DNA of 64,000 nucleotides from contig PZPK01000010.1 of NCBI GenBank assembly GCA_006212045.1, forward strand, positions 55,314-119,313, written 5' to 3'. Position numbers and translations under genes: made by a program. This stretch comes from Oleiphilus sp. (GTDB lineage: Bacteria; Pseudomonadota; Gammaproteobacteria; Pseudomonadales; Oleiphilaceae). Under the pieces are notes generated by a model that saw nothing but the letters and a program-made list of their open reading frames with translations, was not told where the DNA came from and made no database searches. This document shows positions 1-10,778 of this stretch, piece after piece (positions within the stretch are counted from its first letter, which is position 1; the number at the start of each line of letters is the position of its first letter).

Positions 1-265
1 GCCATCGCACACCTCCATGCAGCTTGTTGATTGTCTCCCAGGGTCCCGCCAGAGCGTTTGACAATGTGCAGTCCCTGCAGCACAGAGATACAATGCAATG
101 TTTTCACATAAATTTCCAGCTTTCCTGTGTGCTTGCACCCCTGACCGACAGAAAAAACAGGCAACCCTTTGAACTGATCCCTCTCGGCATAATAGAATTC
201 TGCCTTTTTGCAGGTTAAGGCACTGCAATCTGACACCCTCAAGACATATCAAGGCGAACAGCATC

Positions 266-706
266 ATGAATTATCGAGTATATCTGTCTGGCGAAATCCA
301 TACCGACTGGCGCGACCGCATTGTGGCAGGTTTGAAAGAAGCCAGAATCGAAATCGAAGTCATGTCTCCGGTCACCAATCACGCAGCAAGTGACGATGTA
401 GGCGTCGCGATACTCGGGCCGGAGGAGTCCGGCTTCTGGAAGGACCATAAAAGTGCAAAAATAAACGCCCTGCGAACCAACACCATGATCCGCAAAGCCG
501 ATATTGTGATCGTGCGTTTTGGCGACAAGTACAAACAATGGAATGCCGCTTTTGATGCCGGTATCGCCGTCGGCATGGGCAAACCCATCATTGTGATGCA
601 CGACCCCGAAATCACGCACCCGCTTAAGGAAATTGACGGTGCCGCCCTGGCGGTGACGCAAACACCGGAACAGGTCGTCGAAATTTTGAAATACATCAAC
701 CAATAG
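266..706 (+). CDS. YtoQ family protein (nucleoside 2-deoxyribosyltransferase-like fold)
   Basis: 146-aa ORF. The N-terminus MNYRVYLSGEIHTDWR and the ADIVIVRFG...GKPIIVMH pattern match my recollection of the YtoQ family. Confidence 0.7.
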   Translation: MNYRVYLSGEIHTDWRDRIVAGLKEARIEIEVMSPVTNHAASDDVGVAILGPEESGFWKDHKSAKINALRTNTMIRKADIVIVRFGDKYKQWNAAFDAGIAVGMGKPIIVMHDPEITHPLKEIDGAALAVTQTPEQVVEILKYINQ

Positions 707-820
707 TCTCCCCTGTGCACCTGCATTCCGGGTTATAATGCCGCTCTTTTTTTGGGCGGCTGCCATAGGGATGCGGTAGTATGCGCGCGCAAGTGACAAC
801 CGAAACTGGGTGGTAATACC

Positions 821-1786
821 GTGTCAAACGAAAACAAACCGGATGTAAAAACGTTTCAGGGCCTGATTCTGGCCCTGCAAAATTTTTGGGCCAGTAAAGG
901 CTGTGTGATTCTACAACCATTGGATATGGAAGTAGGTGCCGGCACCTTTCATCCCGCCACTTTTTTACGTTCGATAGGACCGGAGACCTGGAATGCCGCA
1001 TACGTGCAACCAAGCCGACGGCCCACCGATGGCCGCTACGGTGAAAACCCTAACCGCTTGCAGCATTACTATCAGTTCCAGGTGGTGATGAAACCCTCAC
1101 CCCTGGAGATCCAGGAACTGTATCTGGAGTCACTGAAAGCCATGGGCATCGATACAACGGTGCATGATGTGCGTTTTGTTGAGGACAACTGGGAGTCGCC
1201 AACGCTGGGTGCCTGGGGATTGGGCTGGGAAGTCTGGCTCAATGGCATGGAAGTGACGCAATTTACCTATTTTCAGCAAGTCGGAGGACTGGAGTGCTAC
1301 CCGGTCACTGGCGAAATCACTTACGGGCTCGAGCGCATCGCGATGTATCTGCAGGGTGTGGACAGTGTGTATGACCTGGTCTGGACGCGCGGCCCGGATG
1401 GCGACGTCACGTATGGCGATGTGTTCCACCAGAATGAAGTCGAGATGTCGACCTATAATTTTGAACATGCCGATGTGGCATTCCTTTTCAGCGCGTTCGA
1501 CAAATATGAATCCGAAAGCCAGCGCCTCATCGATGCCGGACTTCCCTTACCTGCCTATGAGTTGGTACTGAAAGCGTCTCATACTTTTAATATGCTGGAC
1601 GCCAGGCATGCCATTTCCGTCACAGAGCGCCAACGCTTTATCCTTCGCGTGCGTACGCTGGCACGCGCGGTGGCGCAGACCTATTTTGATAGTCGCAAGG
1701 AGCTTGGTTTCCCACTTGCGCCTCCTGCATTGCGGGATGAAGTATTGGCCCAAAGCAATGATGCCGCGCAAAAAGGAGGCAAGTAA
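821..1786 (+). CDS. glyQ: glycine--tRNA ligase alpha subunit
   Basis: 321 aa. [18 protein letters not shown]...[26 protein letters not shown] is the classic GlyQ core. GTG start. glyS follows immediately. Confidence 0.97.
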   Translation: MSNENKPDVKTFQGLILALQNFWASKGCVILQPLDMEVGAGTFHPATFLRSIGPETWNAAYVQPSRRPTDGRYGENPNRLQHYYQFQVVMKPSPLEIQELYLESLKAMGIDTTVHDVRFVEDNWESPTLGAWGLGWEVWLNGMEVTQFTYFQQVGGLECYPVTGEITYGLERIAMYLQGVDSVYDLVWTRGPDGDVTYGDVFHQNEVEMSTYNFEHADVAFLFSAFDKYESESQRLIDAGLPLPAYELVLKASHTFNMLDARHAISVTERQRFILRVRTLARAVAQTYFDSRKELGFPLAPPALRDEVLAQSNDAAQKGGK

Positions 1787-1787
1787 G

Positions 1788-3860
1788 ATGACTACACAAG
1801 ACTTTCTGGTAGAAATCGGCACCGAAGAATTGCCCCCTAAAGCCCTGAAAACACTTTCTGACGCTTTCAGCAAAGCCGTTCTCGAGGGCCTGAAACAGGC
1901 GGGTCTGAACTTCAGCAGCAGCCAGTCCTTTGCCAGCCCCAGAAGGCTCGCGTTGACAATCAAGGATCTGGAAACCGAGCAGGCAGCCAAGACGGTCGAA
2001 AAGCGAGGCCCCTCCAAAAAAGCCGCGTTTGATGATCAGGGACAGCCCACCCGTGCATTGTCAGGATTTGCCGGCTCACTGGGTATCGAGGTCAGTCAAC
2101 TCGAAGAAATGGAAACACCCAAAGGTACCTGGCTGGTCTATAAGTCCGTGGAAGAAGGACAGCCGGCAACGGCCTTGTTGAACGGCATTATCGAGACTGC
2201 ACTGGGCAAACTTCCGATCCCGAAACGTATGCGCTGGGGCGCCCGTAAAGTTGAATTCGTGCGCCCGGTACAGTGGGTCGTCATGCTGTTTGGCAACGAC
2301 ATCGTGCCGGGAGAAATCCTTGGCATCAAGGTTGGCAGGACCACCCGCGGACATCGATTCCACAGTGAAGGAGAGATCGAAATTCAGGATCTCAACAGCT
2401 ATGAGATGCTGCTGAAGGAACAGGGCCGCGTGATCGCAGATTACAACCTACGCAAGGAAAGTATTCGCCAAGGCGTGATAGAAACCGCCAAAACGGTCGG
2501 CGGAGAAGCCGTCATAGACGAGAATTTACTCGATGAAGTCACCGCGTTAAATGAATGGCCGGTGCCGCTCATCGGCAAGTTTGACGAAGCCTTTCTCGAA
2601 GTGCCTGCCGAGGCCTTGATCTCATCAATGAAAGAACACCAAAAGTATTTCCATGTAGTTGATACCGATCAGGCATTGCTGCCCTACTTCATCACCTTGA
2701 GTAATATCGAAAGTCGGGATCCAGCGCAGGTCATCCAGGGCAACGAACGAGTGATACGCCCTCGCCTGGCCGATGCAGCCTTTTTCTTCGACACGGATAA
2801 AAAGACCAGTCTTGAGCATAAGCGTGAAGCGCTGAAGTCGATCGTTTTCCAGGCAAAACTGGGCACGATTTACGATAAGACGGAGCGCGTTTCAAAGCTG
2901 GCTGCAAAAATTGCAGAGGCGATTGGCAGTGATGCAACACTGGCCCAAAGGGCCGGAGAGCTTTCCAAGTCTGACCTGGTCAGTGAGATGGTGCTGGAGT
3001 TCACTGACTTGCAAGGCCTGATGGGCACGCACTATGCGCGCTTCGATGGCGAGCAGGAAGACGTCGCCAAGGCCCTGGACGAACAGTACATGCCAAAGTA
3101 CGCGGGTGGCCCCTTGCCTTCTACACTGACCGGCTGTGCCCTGTCTTTGGCAGAAAAACTGGACTCTCTGGTCGGCTTATTCGGCATCAATCAGCCGCCG
3201 ACAGGCACTAAAGATCCCTTTGCCCTGCGCAGGGCAGCACTCGGCGTATTGCGCATCATTGTAGAAAAGCAACTCGACCTTGATCTGGAAGATTTGATTT
3301 CCTGGTCTGCCGAACTGCATACCGGCCTTGAAAACACAATGGTCAACAGCGCGCTCGTCGATTATCTTCTGGACCGCTTCAGAGCCTGGTATGAAGACGA
3401 AGGTATCTCAGCCGAAGTCTTCCTTTCGGTCAGTGCCAGACGTCCAACACGCCCCATTGATTTTGACCGTCGCATAAAGGCAGTCAGCGCTTTCTACAAA
3501 CTCGATACAGCAGCAGCCCTATCTGCGGCCAATAAGCGGGTCTCCAATATTCTGGCAAAACAATCTGCGTCCCAATCAACGGATATTGACCAGGCATTGT
3601 TGCAGGAACCTGCAGAGCAGGCCTTGGCTGACGCATTGAGTGAGCAGGAAAGCAGGGTGAATCCCCTGTTTGATGCAGGCGATTATGAGCAGGCGCTGGC
3701 AAGTCTTGCCAGCCTGCAATCGGTGGTTGATCGCTTCTTTGATGAGGTGATGGTGATGGCTGAAGATGAGGCGGTGAAAAATAACCGGCTGGCCTTGCTT
3801 AATCGCCTGCGGGAGTTGTTTCTCAGAGCTGCCGATATTTCCCTGTTATCCGGGAGCTAA
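1788..3860 (+). CDS. glyS: glycine--tRNA ligase beta subunit
   Basis: The ORF is open from 1608, but the ATG at 1788 (MTTQDFLVEIGTEELPPKAL) sits 2 nt after the glyQ stop behind AAAGGAGG. Typical GlyS N-terminus, 690 aa. Confidence 0.95.
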   Translation: MTTQDFLVEIGTEELPPKALKTLSDAFSKAVLEGLKQAGLNFSSSQSFASPRRLALTIKDLETEQAAKTVEKRGPSKKAAFDDQGQPTRALSGFAGSLGIEVSQLEEMETPKGTWLVYKSVEEGQPATALLNGIIETALGKLPIPKRMRWGARKVEFVRPVQWVVMLFGNDIVPGEILGIKVGRTTRGHRFHSEGEIEIQDLNSYEMLLKEQGRVIADYNLRKESIRQGVIETAKTVGGEAVIDENLLDEVTALNEWPVPLIGKFDEAFLEVPAEALISSMKEHQKYFHVVDTDQALLPYFITLSNIESRDPAQVIQGNERVIRPRLADAAFFFDTDKKTSLEHKREALKSIVFQAKLGTIYDKTERVSKLAAKIAEAIGSDATLAQRAGELSKSDLVSEMVLEFTDLQGLMGTHYARFDGEQEDVAKALDEQYMPKYAGGPLPSTLTGCALSLAEKLDSLVGLFGINQPPTGTKDPFALRRAALGVLRIIVEKQLDLDLEDLISWSAELHTGLENTMVNSALVDYLLDRFRAWYEDEGISAEVFLSVSARRPTRPIDFDRRIKAVSAFYKLDTAAALSAANKRVSNILAKQSASQSTDIDQALLQEPAEQALADALSEQESRVNPLFDAGDYEQALASLASLQSVVDRFFDEVMVMAEDEAVKNNRLALLNRLRELFLRAADISLLSGS

Positions 3861-3886
3861 AATTCGCGGCAGGCATCATTCATTCA

Positions 3887-3912
3887 AAAGCCCGCGTTAC
3901 GCGGGCTTTTTT
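3887..3912 (+). terminator. rho-independent terminator after glyS (possibly bidirectional, also serving the convergent desaturase gene)
   Basis: GC stem gcccgcg/cgcgggc with a 3-nt loop, followed by TTTTTT, and flanked upstream by an A-run. Confidence 0.65.
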
Positions 3913-3927
3913 GTGGGCAAAAGAACT

Positions 3928-4902
3928 TCAGGCGGAGGCCGCCAGTCTGACAACTTCAGGGTAACCGCCCTCGACCAGAGCTGCCTCACGGGCATTGTAA
4001 AATCCGCGCTGCTTCATCAAGGCATGCATTTTTGGCAAATGATAGCTGGGTACCGTTGGCATCAAGTGATGCTCACAATGGTAGTTGACGAAATTCGGCG
4101 CAAACAGCAAACGCTCCCACCACCGGGCCATGGTGGTCCTGGTAGTCAAGCGCACGTCCTCCGAGGACAATTGCGGCATGGCACCATGCTCGGCGATTTG
4201 ACGCACACGAATAATAAAAGGATGCGCGGTCAGGTAAGCCAGCCACCAGAGACCGTAAAGCCATGGGTGACCGGAAAACCACAGCAGAGTAAAAAAGGCA
4301 CCATGAAAAATGAACACCTGGACATAGTTCTTAACGCCCATTTTCCAGCCGGCATTTTTACCCACATCTTCTTCATTAACCCCTAAAGACACCGCATTTC
4401 CGGCTCTGCCGGGCAAGACATAAAGGAACAGCGCCAGAGTCGCTTTGAGCCCAGAAAGTCCGACAAAATCGCGTATCATTTTGCGCTTGAAGCTCGCTCT
4501 GGACACCGGATACTGGGCAATATTGCCGACATCAGGGTCATCCTCGTGACCGGTGCGAGTGTGGTGCTTAAAGTGGTAGGGGCGATAAAAATCAATGGGT
4601 ACAAAAATAGCCAGCCCGGCAAACCAGTGCCCCACGCCATCATTGAGCCTTTGGCTGGAGAAAAAAGATCTGTGTGCACATTCATGCAAGAGTATTCCCA
4701 ACCCCAGCTGTCGCCCGCCAAGAATCGTTAATGCGACCAAAAGCGTCAGTAGGTTGGTTTCCCACACCACCAGTGCAAAAGCCACGAAAATCAGGGCCCA
4801 GTTAAAAACGAACATGCCTGCGGCTCTGAGATCGGATGGTGCACGCAACTCCCTGATTTCTTCTTTGCTCAGGAAATCGTGTGCATTGATTTTCTTGTTC
4901 AT
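3928..4902 (-). CDS. membrane fatty acid desaturase family protein
   Basis: Three histidine boxes are present: HECAHRS, HFKHHTRTGHEDDPD and EHHLMP. The start is set at MNKKINAHDF (4902), because the longer ORF to 5025 would overlap the upstream gene. Confidence 0.85.
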   Translation of the reverse strand: MNKKINAHDFLSKEEIRELRAPSDLRAAGMFVFNWALIFVAFALVVWETNLLTLLVALTILGGRQLGLGILLHECAHRSFFSSQRLNDGVGHWFAGLAIFVPIDFYRPYHFKHHTRTGHEDDPDVGNIAQYPVSRASFKRKMIRDFVGLSGLKATLALFLYVLPGRAGNAVSLGVNEEDVGKNAGWKMGVKNYVQVFIFHGAFFTLLWFSGHPWLYGLWWLAYLTAHPFIIRVRQIAEHGAMPQLSSEDVRLTTRTTMARWWERLLFAPNFVNYHCEHHLMPTVPSYHLPKMHALMKQRGFYNAREAALVEGGYPEVVRLAASA

Positions 4903-4978
4903 AACTTTCTGTTCCGTTTGTTTCGGCGCTGAAACTGTTCTCAGGTTGCCCCCCGTCAAATCGATTTGAGAGGCTTCG

Positions 4979-5956
4979 CTAATCCAGCATCCGTGCTTCA
5001 CGATAATAGCGTGCAGCGCCCTCATGCAAAGGTGCTGTCAGGCCGTGGCCCAACATTTCCTTTTTCTTGAGATGGTGAAAAGCAGGATGCAACTGTTTGA
5101 ACGCTTCAAAGTTTTCGAACACCGCCTTGACGACCTCGTAAATCGTATCAGGTGGCAGCTCAGATGAAGTCACAAAGGTTGCCCCAACACCAAAAGTCTT
5201 GGTGGCCACATCATTGCCCCGGTACATTCCGGCCGGGATCTCGACTGCCTGGTAATATTCGTTCTGAGTAATCAGGTCATCAATCACCTTGCCCTGAATC
5301 GGAACCAGACGACTATCACAGGCTGTCGTTGCTTCCTTGATGGAGGCGCTTGGATGCCCCACCATAAATACCATCGCCTCAAATGTACCTTTGCAAAGCT
5401 GTTCGGCCTGATCTGCCGTTTTGAATTCGAACACCTGCTCAAAGTCATCCTTGCCCCAGCCCAGTTTATCCATTAACAGCTCCATGGTGGCGCGGTGACC
5501 AGAGCCGGGGTTCCCGATATTGACCCGTTTGCCTTTCAGGTCCTCAAGCCCTCTGATCGCAGACTCCTTGCGCACCACGACGGTAAAAGGTTCGGCATGA
5601 AGAGAGAACAGCGATCTGAGTCTGGTATCCGGCCCCAACCCCTGAAATTGGCCTGAACCACGCACGGCGTGATAGTGCCAATCGGACTGTACAACCGCCA
5701 AATCCAGATCTCGCTCACGGATTTTCCCCAAATTGTAGATCGACCCCTGGGTACTCTCGACTGCACAGCGAATACCGTGCTGCGGACGTAGCTTATTGAC
5801 CATGCGACAGATCGATCCGCCCGCAGGATAGTAAACGCCGGTCACTCCTCCTGTACCGACAATGGCAAATTTCTGTTCACTCAGACTGCTGGATACCCAG
5901 AATATACTTAATATTATCAATAGGCTACGAGCACATATGGAGGCAAACAGATTCAT
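4979..5956 (-). CDS. TAXI-family TRAP transporter solute-binding protein
   Basis: 325 aa with a signal peptide. GTGGVTGVYYPAGGSICRMVN and the C-terminal LHEGAARYYRE are typical of TAXI receptors. Confidence 0.85.
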   Translation of the reverse strand: MNLFASICARSLLIILSIFWVSSSLSEQKFAIVGTGGVTGVYYPAGGSICRMVNKLRPQHGIRCAVESTQGSIYNLGKIRERDLDLAVVQSDWHYHAVRGSGQFQGLGPDTRLRSLFSLHAEPFTVVVRKESAIRGLEDLKGKRVNIGNPGSGHRATMELLMDKLGWGKDDFEQVFEFKTADQAEQLCKGTFEAMVFMVGHPSASIKEATTACDSRLVPIQGKVIDDLITQNEYYQAVEIPAGMYRGNDVATKTFGVGATFVTSSELPPDTIYEVVKAVFENFEAFKQLHPAFHHLKKKEMLGHGLTAPLHEGAARYYREARMLD

Positions 5957-6160
5957 CTTGGTTCCTGTTGTTATTGGTCAAGTCATGCAAACTATTCGGC
6001 TGAAGCATCACTCCAAATGTCTCAATGGCGCTACCACTCAACAATCCTGCCGGCCCGATGCTGCTTGCACCATATTTAACTCGGAATCGCACAAAAAAAC
6101 TACAGGATGATCAGCATTTTTGGTACAACTTGTTGAGCGAACAGATTCGGGGAAGTCATC

Positions 6161-7369
6161 GTGCCACATGCGTCACATCTGTTATCCGTGAATGCTTTTT
6201 TCAAGCTCGAGTCTGCCAGCGGCATTCTGTTGCTGTTGGCGGCCGTGCTCGCCATGATCTTCGCCAACACCGGTCTGAGCTATTATTACGACCTGCTGCT
6301 GTCAACACCGGTTGAAGTCCGCATTGGTGCCCTTGAAATTGCCAAGCCTCTCTTGCTGTGGATCAATGACGGACTCATGGCTATTTTCTTTTTTCTGGTC
6401 GGACTCGAACTGAAGCGCGAAATACTGGAAGGGGAATTGTCGGATCGACGCAACATCATGCTGCCCGCGTTTGGAGCGGTTGGCGGCATGGCAATCCCGG
6501 CCCTGATTTATGTTCTCCTGAATTATGGCAATGCCGCCGCACTCAACGGCTGGGCGATTCCTTCTGCCACTGACATCGCATTTGCTCTGGGTATTCTAAC
6601 CCTGCTCGGCAAACGCGTACCGGTGTCGTTCAAGATTTTTCTCTCTTCCCTCGCCATTTTCGATGATGTCGGTGCCGTTATTATTATTGCTCTATTTTAT
6701 ACCGATAAAATCTCACTGGAGGCGCTGATGGCGGTTTCGATTTGCCTGCCAATCCTCTTTCTCATGAACCGGAACAACGTGCTATCGCGAGCAGCTTACA
6801 TTTTTATTGGTGCGATTATGTGGATAGCCACGCTGAAATCCGGCGTGCATGCGACGCTTGCTGGCGTCGTGCTGGCCATGTTTATTCCGATTCGCGACAG
6901 GCGTAATCACTGCTTTTCACCACTCAAGGATCTGGAGCATGACCTGCATTCAGCGGTCGCCTATTTCATCCTGCCAATTTTCGCCTTCGCCAATGCAGGC
7001 ATCAGCTTCGAAGGTATAGGACTGGAACAGGCTTTACATAGTGTCCCGGTCGGGATAGCGCTGGGGCTCTTTGCAGGAAAGCAGATTGGCGTCTTTGGAT
7101 TCTGTTGGCTTGCAGTCAAACTGAAACTTGCATCCCTCCCTTCCAAAATGAACTGGAGAACACTGTATGGTATTTCGGCACTCTGCGGTGTGGGCTTTAC
7201 CATGAGCCTGTTTATCGGGGCCCTGGCATTCGAAGATACCGGAGTAAACGTCACTTTCGACGAACGCCTTGGCATTATACTCGGCTCGATAGCTTCAGGA
7301 GTGCTGGGCTATCTTGTACTGAACGCCTGCCTGCCCAGAAAGAAACCGCTCAGGGATGAATGTAACTAG
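6161..7369 (+). CDS. nhaA: Na+/H+ antiporter NhaA
   Basis: 402 aa. [21 protein letters not shown]...[21 protein letters not shown]...ATDIAFALG are NhaA signature segments. GTG start. Confidence 0.93.
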   Translation: MPHASHLLSVNAFFKLESASGILLLLAAVLAMIFANTGLSYYYDLLLSTPVEVRIGALEIAKPLLLWINDGLMAIFFFLVGLELKREILEGELSDRRNIMLPAFGAVGGMAIPALIYVLLNYGNAAALNGWAIPSATDIAFALGILTLLGKRVPVSFKIFLSSLAIFDDVGAVIIIALFYTDKISLEALMAVSICLPILFLMNRNNVLSRAAYIFIGAIMWIATLKSGVHATLAGVVLAMFIPIRDRRNHCFSPLKDLEHDLHSAVAYFILPIFAFANAGISFEGIGLEQALHSVPVGIALGLFAGKQIGVFGFCWLAVKLKLASLPSKMNWRTLYGISALCGVGFTMSLFIGALAFEDTGVNVTFDERLGIILGSIASGVLGYLVLNACLPRKKPLRDECN

Positions 7370-7396
7370 TGCCCGACGCCAGAACCAGTCAGGACA

Positions 7397-8053
7397 CTAA
7401 TCTTCGCAATGATTCCATTCACGCACCTGTGACATGACGCTCTGTGCCGTCATTTTCAAGGCAGGCGATATCTTTAGTCCTGCTTGGTGCAAAGCTCTGG
7501 CAGTCCAGTTATTACATGTATTGAAAAGATAGTAAGTACCAACTGCCTCATAAAACTGGCTGTCTCCATAGATGCCCGGACGCGTCGCATGTACATTCAG
7601 ATCCGTGTCTCTGGCAAAGGTCGAAGCAATGAACCCTATCAGGGCCCGCATTTGATCTGGTGTCAGCTGCACAGCAAGCACCTCGCTTTGGCTAAAATAG
7701 TCGCTTGGCTCTGTGTTGAAACCTACCAGGTGCAACACCGTACGCGACGGCCATGCAATTGCTTTCAACACCAGGGAGGCAGTGATGTCCTCAGCCTGAT
7801 AAAACCCCGCATCACCCCAGCCAACTTCAATAAAGCGAACGTTTGGAAATCGGGTCTGAAGTCCATCCACGTGTTCTTTAAGCGTGAGAGCATCAAGCAC
7901 CAGCCCGGTATGCCAGCCATGGTTAGTGACATAGACCCGGTGCAGCGCTTGTTCAGCACAGACGAATTGGTCCTGTGCCAGCACATCAGCGGGACGTGTC
8001 GCACATGCTGCCATAACACTGCACAGAAAGAGCAGAATCAATTTTGCAGCCAT
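7397..8053 (-). CDS. DUF2459/TIGR02117-family lipoprotein
   Basis: The start is set at MAAKLILLFLCSVMAAC (lipobox). VTNHGWHTGLVL...EVGWGD...FNTCNNWTARAL is characteristic of this family. Confidence 0.7.
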   Translation of the reverse strand: MAAKLILLFLCSVMAACATRPADVLAQDQFVCAEQALHRVYVTNHGWHTGLVLDALTLKEHVDGLQTRFPNVRFIEVGWGDAGFYQAEDITASLVLKAIAWPSRTVLHLVGFNTEPSDYFSQSEVLAVQLTPDQMRALIGFIASTFARDTDLNVHATRPGIYGDSQFYEAVGTYYLFNTCNNWTARALHQAGLKISPALKMTAQSVMSQVREWNHCED

Positions 8054-8156
8054 AGAATCCGACTCTCCAATGTTAAGCCAACCTACAGTTAAATCCAGAC
8101 CGGCCGACATACTGAGTATATATCTTGCATGTTCCTTGCAAAAAGGAGGGTGTATT

Positions 8157-8453
8157 ATGCTTCCACATGTAAACTGTCATAGCGACAACGATTCGAAGTT
8201 CGGGGAAACGCCTTGCAGCGTCCTGAACTCCAGTGAGATGGCACTGCTCGACAACTGCTACCAAATGCGTTTTGTTCTTGGACTGCCGACAACCCAGCTG
8301 TTGTCTTCGGTCAAGAGCAACAAGGAAAGGCTGGCACTGGGTGTCGTTGCGCTGCTTGATCTGGACCGCCAAACCTTACAGATGCTGATGCCTCGTGAGC
8401 AGTGGCAATTTGTTGACAACTGTCATCACTATCTCAGACAGCAATGGAAATAA
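8157..8453 (+). CDS. hypothetical protein (98 aa, Cys/His-rich N-terminus)
   Basis: The ATG at 8157 is preceded by a strong AAAGGAGGG Shine-Dalgarno. I recognise no family. Confidence 0.4.
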   Translation: MLPHVNCHSDNDSKFGETPCSVLNSSEMALLDNCYQMRFVLGLPTTQLLSSVKSNKERLALGVVALLDLDRQTLQMLMPREQWQFVDNCHHYLRQQWK

Positions 8454-8537
8454 ACGCATTCAAGCCGTCACAGCTGTTATTGAAAATGACAAAAGCACCG
8501 GAGGTTCGGGCTCGTCTTCCTGCCTCGAACATCCGGA

Positions 8538-9431
8538 CTACTTGATTTGCCGAATCTGATAAGACTTTTGTTCCAGAGCATTCAGTAAGCCCTGTTCACC
8601 CAGAAGATGCCCGGAGCCAACGACGATAAAACAGCCCTCATCCTTAATCACGCAGTCTTCGGCAACCTGCAGCATCTTCGGATGCCTGTCAAAAAACAAG
8701 ACTTGAAAATACGGCTCCAACTCTGGATATTGCTCCAGCGCCGAGCCGATCGTCGCGCGATAAAGCGCCGGACCATCACCCTGTTTCCAGGCGCTCATCG
8801 TGTCTCGCCACTGCTGCTCGTAATCCTGCATATTATCAAAGCTTTGCTGCAACAGCAGGTCTTCCTCGGGCAAGGCTGCCAAAAGCGCCATCTGGGACTC
8901 AAAGGTTTCTATCTGCCTGATTTTCTTTTTGTAACGCGCCTTCTGCATAAAATAGCGATCCAGTCCCTGCTCGGCACTATAACCCAGCTTGGAAGCCTGC
9001 ATCGCGGTCAGACTGGCGGCCAGGAGCCCTGGCCGATAGCTGTCGACAGCCGACAAAGGCACATCAAACTCGGCCAACAGTTTGCGCAGACTGGTGACGG
9101 CTGCAGGGGATAACTCTGTGCTCAGTTTTTTGCCCGTCGGGTACTGGCCATAGCGGGCGATCAAGGCTTGCTGTTCTTCAACGGAAATCAGGCTCTCATC
9201 AACCTCCACCACCAGCACTTGAGAATCGTTATAAGCCTTCATTATTTTCGGCGGAAGCGGATAAAAGCTGCTGTTTGCGAAATGTACAGAGCCGAACAGA
9301 TAACCCACCTTACCAGCCTTTTCATAGGACCATGCCAGCCCCGTCAGCGTCTGCGCCTGCAAGGTTTGCATGCTGAGCAGACAGAGAAGCAGAGTTACCC
9401 GCATAAACATTTTCGCTAACAATGTATCCAT
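8538..9431 (-). CDS. TraB/GumN family protein
   Basis: Signal peptide, then GYLFGSVHFANSSFYPLP...VVEVD and VVGSGHLLGEQGLL motifs typical of TraB/GumN. Confidence 0.8.
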   Translation of the reverse strand: MDTLLAKMFMRVTLLLCLLSMQTLQAQTLTGLAWSYEKAGKVGYLFGSVHFANSSFYPLPPKIMKAYNDSQVLVVEVDESLISVEEQQALIARYGQYPTGKKLSTELSPAAVTSLRKLLAEFDVPLSAVDSYRPGLLAASLTAMQASKLGYSAEQGLDRYFMQKARYKKKIRQIETFESQMALLAALPEEDLLLQQSFDNMQDYEQQWRDTMSAWKQGDGPALYRATIGSALEQYPELEPYFQVLFFDRHPKMLQVAEDCVIKDEGCFIVVGSGHLLGEQGLLNALEQKSYQIRQIK

Positions 9432-9439
9432 GGATTCCC

Positions 9440-10096
9440 TTACTCCTGCAGACTGATGCCGATTGAACTCACGCCGTCATCCATCGCCAGTGTGCGCAGG
9501 TCCCTGATAAAAGCCTCAGCCGGACTTTTTGCCCGCCGCAGCATCTCATCCGCCTCCGCCTGAAATGAAAACTCTCTTTCGATGAGAGGGTGCTGCTCAA
9601 ACAGTTTCACGAGCGCATCGTCACTCAAGCCTTCACCTTCAGAAAACTCTATAAACCCGGTGACTGTATCAAGCGCACGCTGGCTGCTTTCCTGTGCTCT
9701 TTTTCTATCCTGGTTCAAAACCGACAGCAGGGCTTGCTCCCAATTCAGGCAGCAATCCAGAGACGGCGATGCGCCGTAGTTCGAATCATCTACCAGAATG
9801 GACTGAATCGCGCTGATATCGTCCAGTAGTTCGACCACCGTTTCTTCTTCCGGGCTTAACAAGGCCACTCGCCAACTGGCATCCATCAGGCACGCCAGAA
9901 AGGCGACGGCGCCATGCTGGTCCGGATGCTTTTTTTCGCAGCCATCGAAAGCGACGGTCAAATCCGTCAAACCACCTGAGGCCTCCAGATATAGCTGCAG
10001 GCTTGGCAGCGCTCGCTCGGTCAATGCGAGCATAAACGCAGTTTCCCGCCAGCCGCTCAAACTCGTCAAAGACTTCAGAAATTTTTGTCTGTTCAT
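9440..10096 (-). CDS. DUF416 (YjaG) family protein
   Basis: 218 aa. The N-terminus L..LSGWRETAFMLALTERALPSLQLY resembles YjaG-like proteins. Confidence 0.7.
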   Translation of the reverse strand: MNRQKFLKSLTSLSGWRETAFMLALTERALPSLQLYLEASGGLTDLTVAFDGCEKKHPDQHGAVAFLACLMDASWRVALLSPEEETVVELLDDISAIQSILVDDSNYGASPSLDCCLNWEQALLSVLNQDRKRAQESSQRALDTVTGFIEFSEGEGLSDDALVKLFEQHPLIEREFSFQAEADEMLRRAKSPAEAFIRDLRTLAMDDGVSSIGISLQE

Positions 10097-10130
10097 ATCG
10101 ATCAGAATTCCGGAAAAGTAAGCTCTGCCA

Positions 10131-10778
10131 TCACGCCAGAGTCGCTTGTGCCAGTGCGTCAGTTAACACGCGGCTACATTGCTCCAGGCTGTCCGCAGCC
10201 GCTATTACACCGTCTTCATGTCCACCCATCACTAACAGCAAAGCCTGCTTGCGCGCGCGCAAATCTTTTGCTTTCTGAACGATGGCCATAGCCATAGCCG
10301 GTGTGCCATACGCGATGTGCCTGGCAGTGGCTGCCAGCCCAAGCGCCGCCGCCTTTTGCCAGATGAGAGGGCTATGCACATGGATCACCGCCTGCACATC
10401 AGCAAAGGCCCGATAGAAAACAGCATGGCTCATCGCCTCCGAAGACGGCAAGGTCTTGCCCAGGGATGTCAGCCGACTGGCCTGCACATCAACGCCTGTC
10501 ACCAATGCCAGATCCGGACATGCCAGCGCCGTCAAGCGCCCCGTTTGGCTGCCGGTGATCACAAAATTATCCGGGTGGTCCGCCACTCGCATCGACAAGT
10601 TACCGAATCCGGCGCCTTCATAGCGCGCCTTGTCCTGCCCAATCAACCCCAAACGACATAGCTGTGCTCGCACTGCATTCAGCCGTACAAGCGAAGACCC
10701 CGGAATGTGGAAACTGCCGTTCTGATGATCCAGGTCGAATTTGCGAACACCTTCAGCTTCCGTCAAGGCCTGAGACAC
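10131..10778 (-). CDS. class II aldolase/adducin family protein
   Basis: 215 aa. GNLSMR...VITGSQTG...IHVHSP pattern of the class II aldolase fold. Confidence 0.8.
   Translation of the reverse strand: MSQALTEAEGVRKFDLDHQNGSFHIPGSSLVRLNAVRAQLCRLGLIGQDKARYEGAGFGNLSMRVADHPDNFVITGSQTGRLTALACPDLALVTGVDVQASRLTSLGKTLPSSEAMSHAVFYRAFADVQAVIHVHSPLIWQKAAALGLAATARHIAYGTPAMAMAIVQKAKDLRARKQALLLVMGGHEDGVIAAADSLEQCSRVLTDALAQATLA

Noticed and set aside
1-107. Possible minus-strand gene start (GTG at 107, VKTLHCISVLQGLHIVKRSGG...) running off the left edge
   Set aside because: Only ~35 codons are visible, there is no convincing Shine-Dalgarno and no recognisable motif. It cannot be supported.
239-799. 186-aa minus-strand ORF covering the ytoQ locus
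   Set aside because: It is fully antisense to a plus-strand ORF with a recognisable YtoQ-family sequence, and it has no motifs of its own. It is a typical shadow ORF.
1608-1787. N-terminal ORF extensions, such as glyS from 1608. The same issue applies at the desaturase to 5025, dcd to 11422, apbC to 14941, rnfA from 17054, dapF to 37388, cyaA to 41876, the reductase to 51360, the antiporter to 58688 and trmB to 62173.
   Set aside because: Each extension overlaps the neighbouring gene or lacks family similarity. Internal starts give canonical N-termini and sensible spacing.
3913-4386. 157-aa plus-strand ORF
   Set aside because: It is antisense to the desaturase gene, whose three histidine boxes fix the real frame. 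Its product is compositionally odd (G/Q/H-rich).
7484-8092. 202-aa plus-strand ORF
   Set aside because: It is antisense to the DUF2459/TIGR02117 gene, with no recognisable domain.
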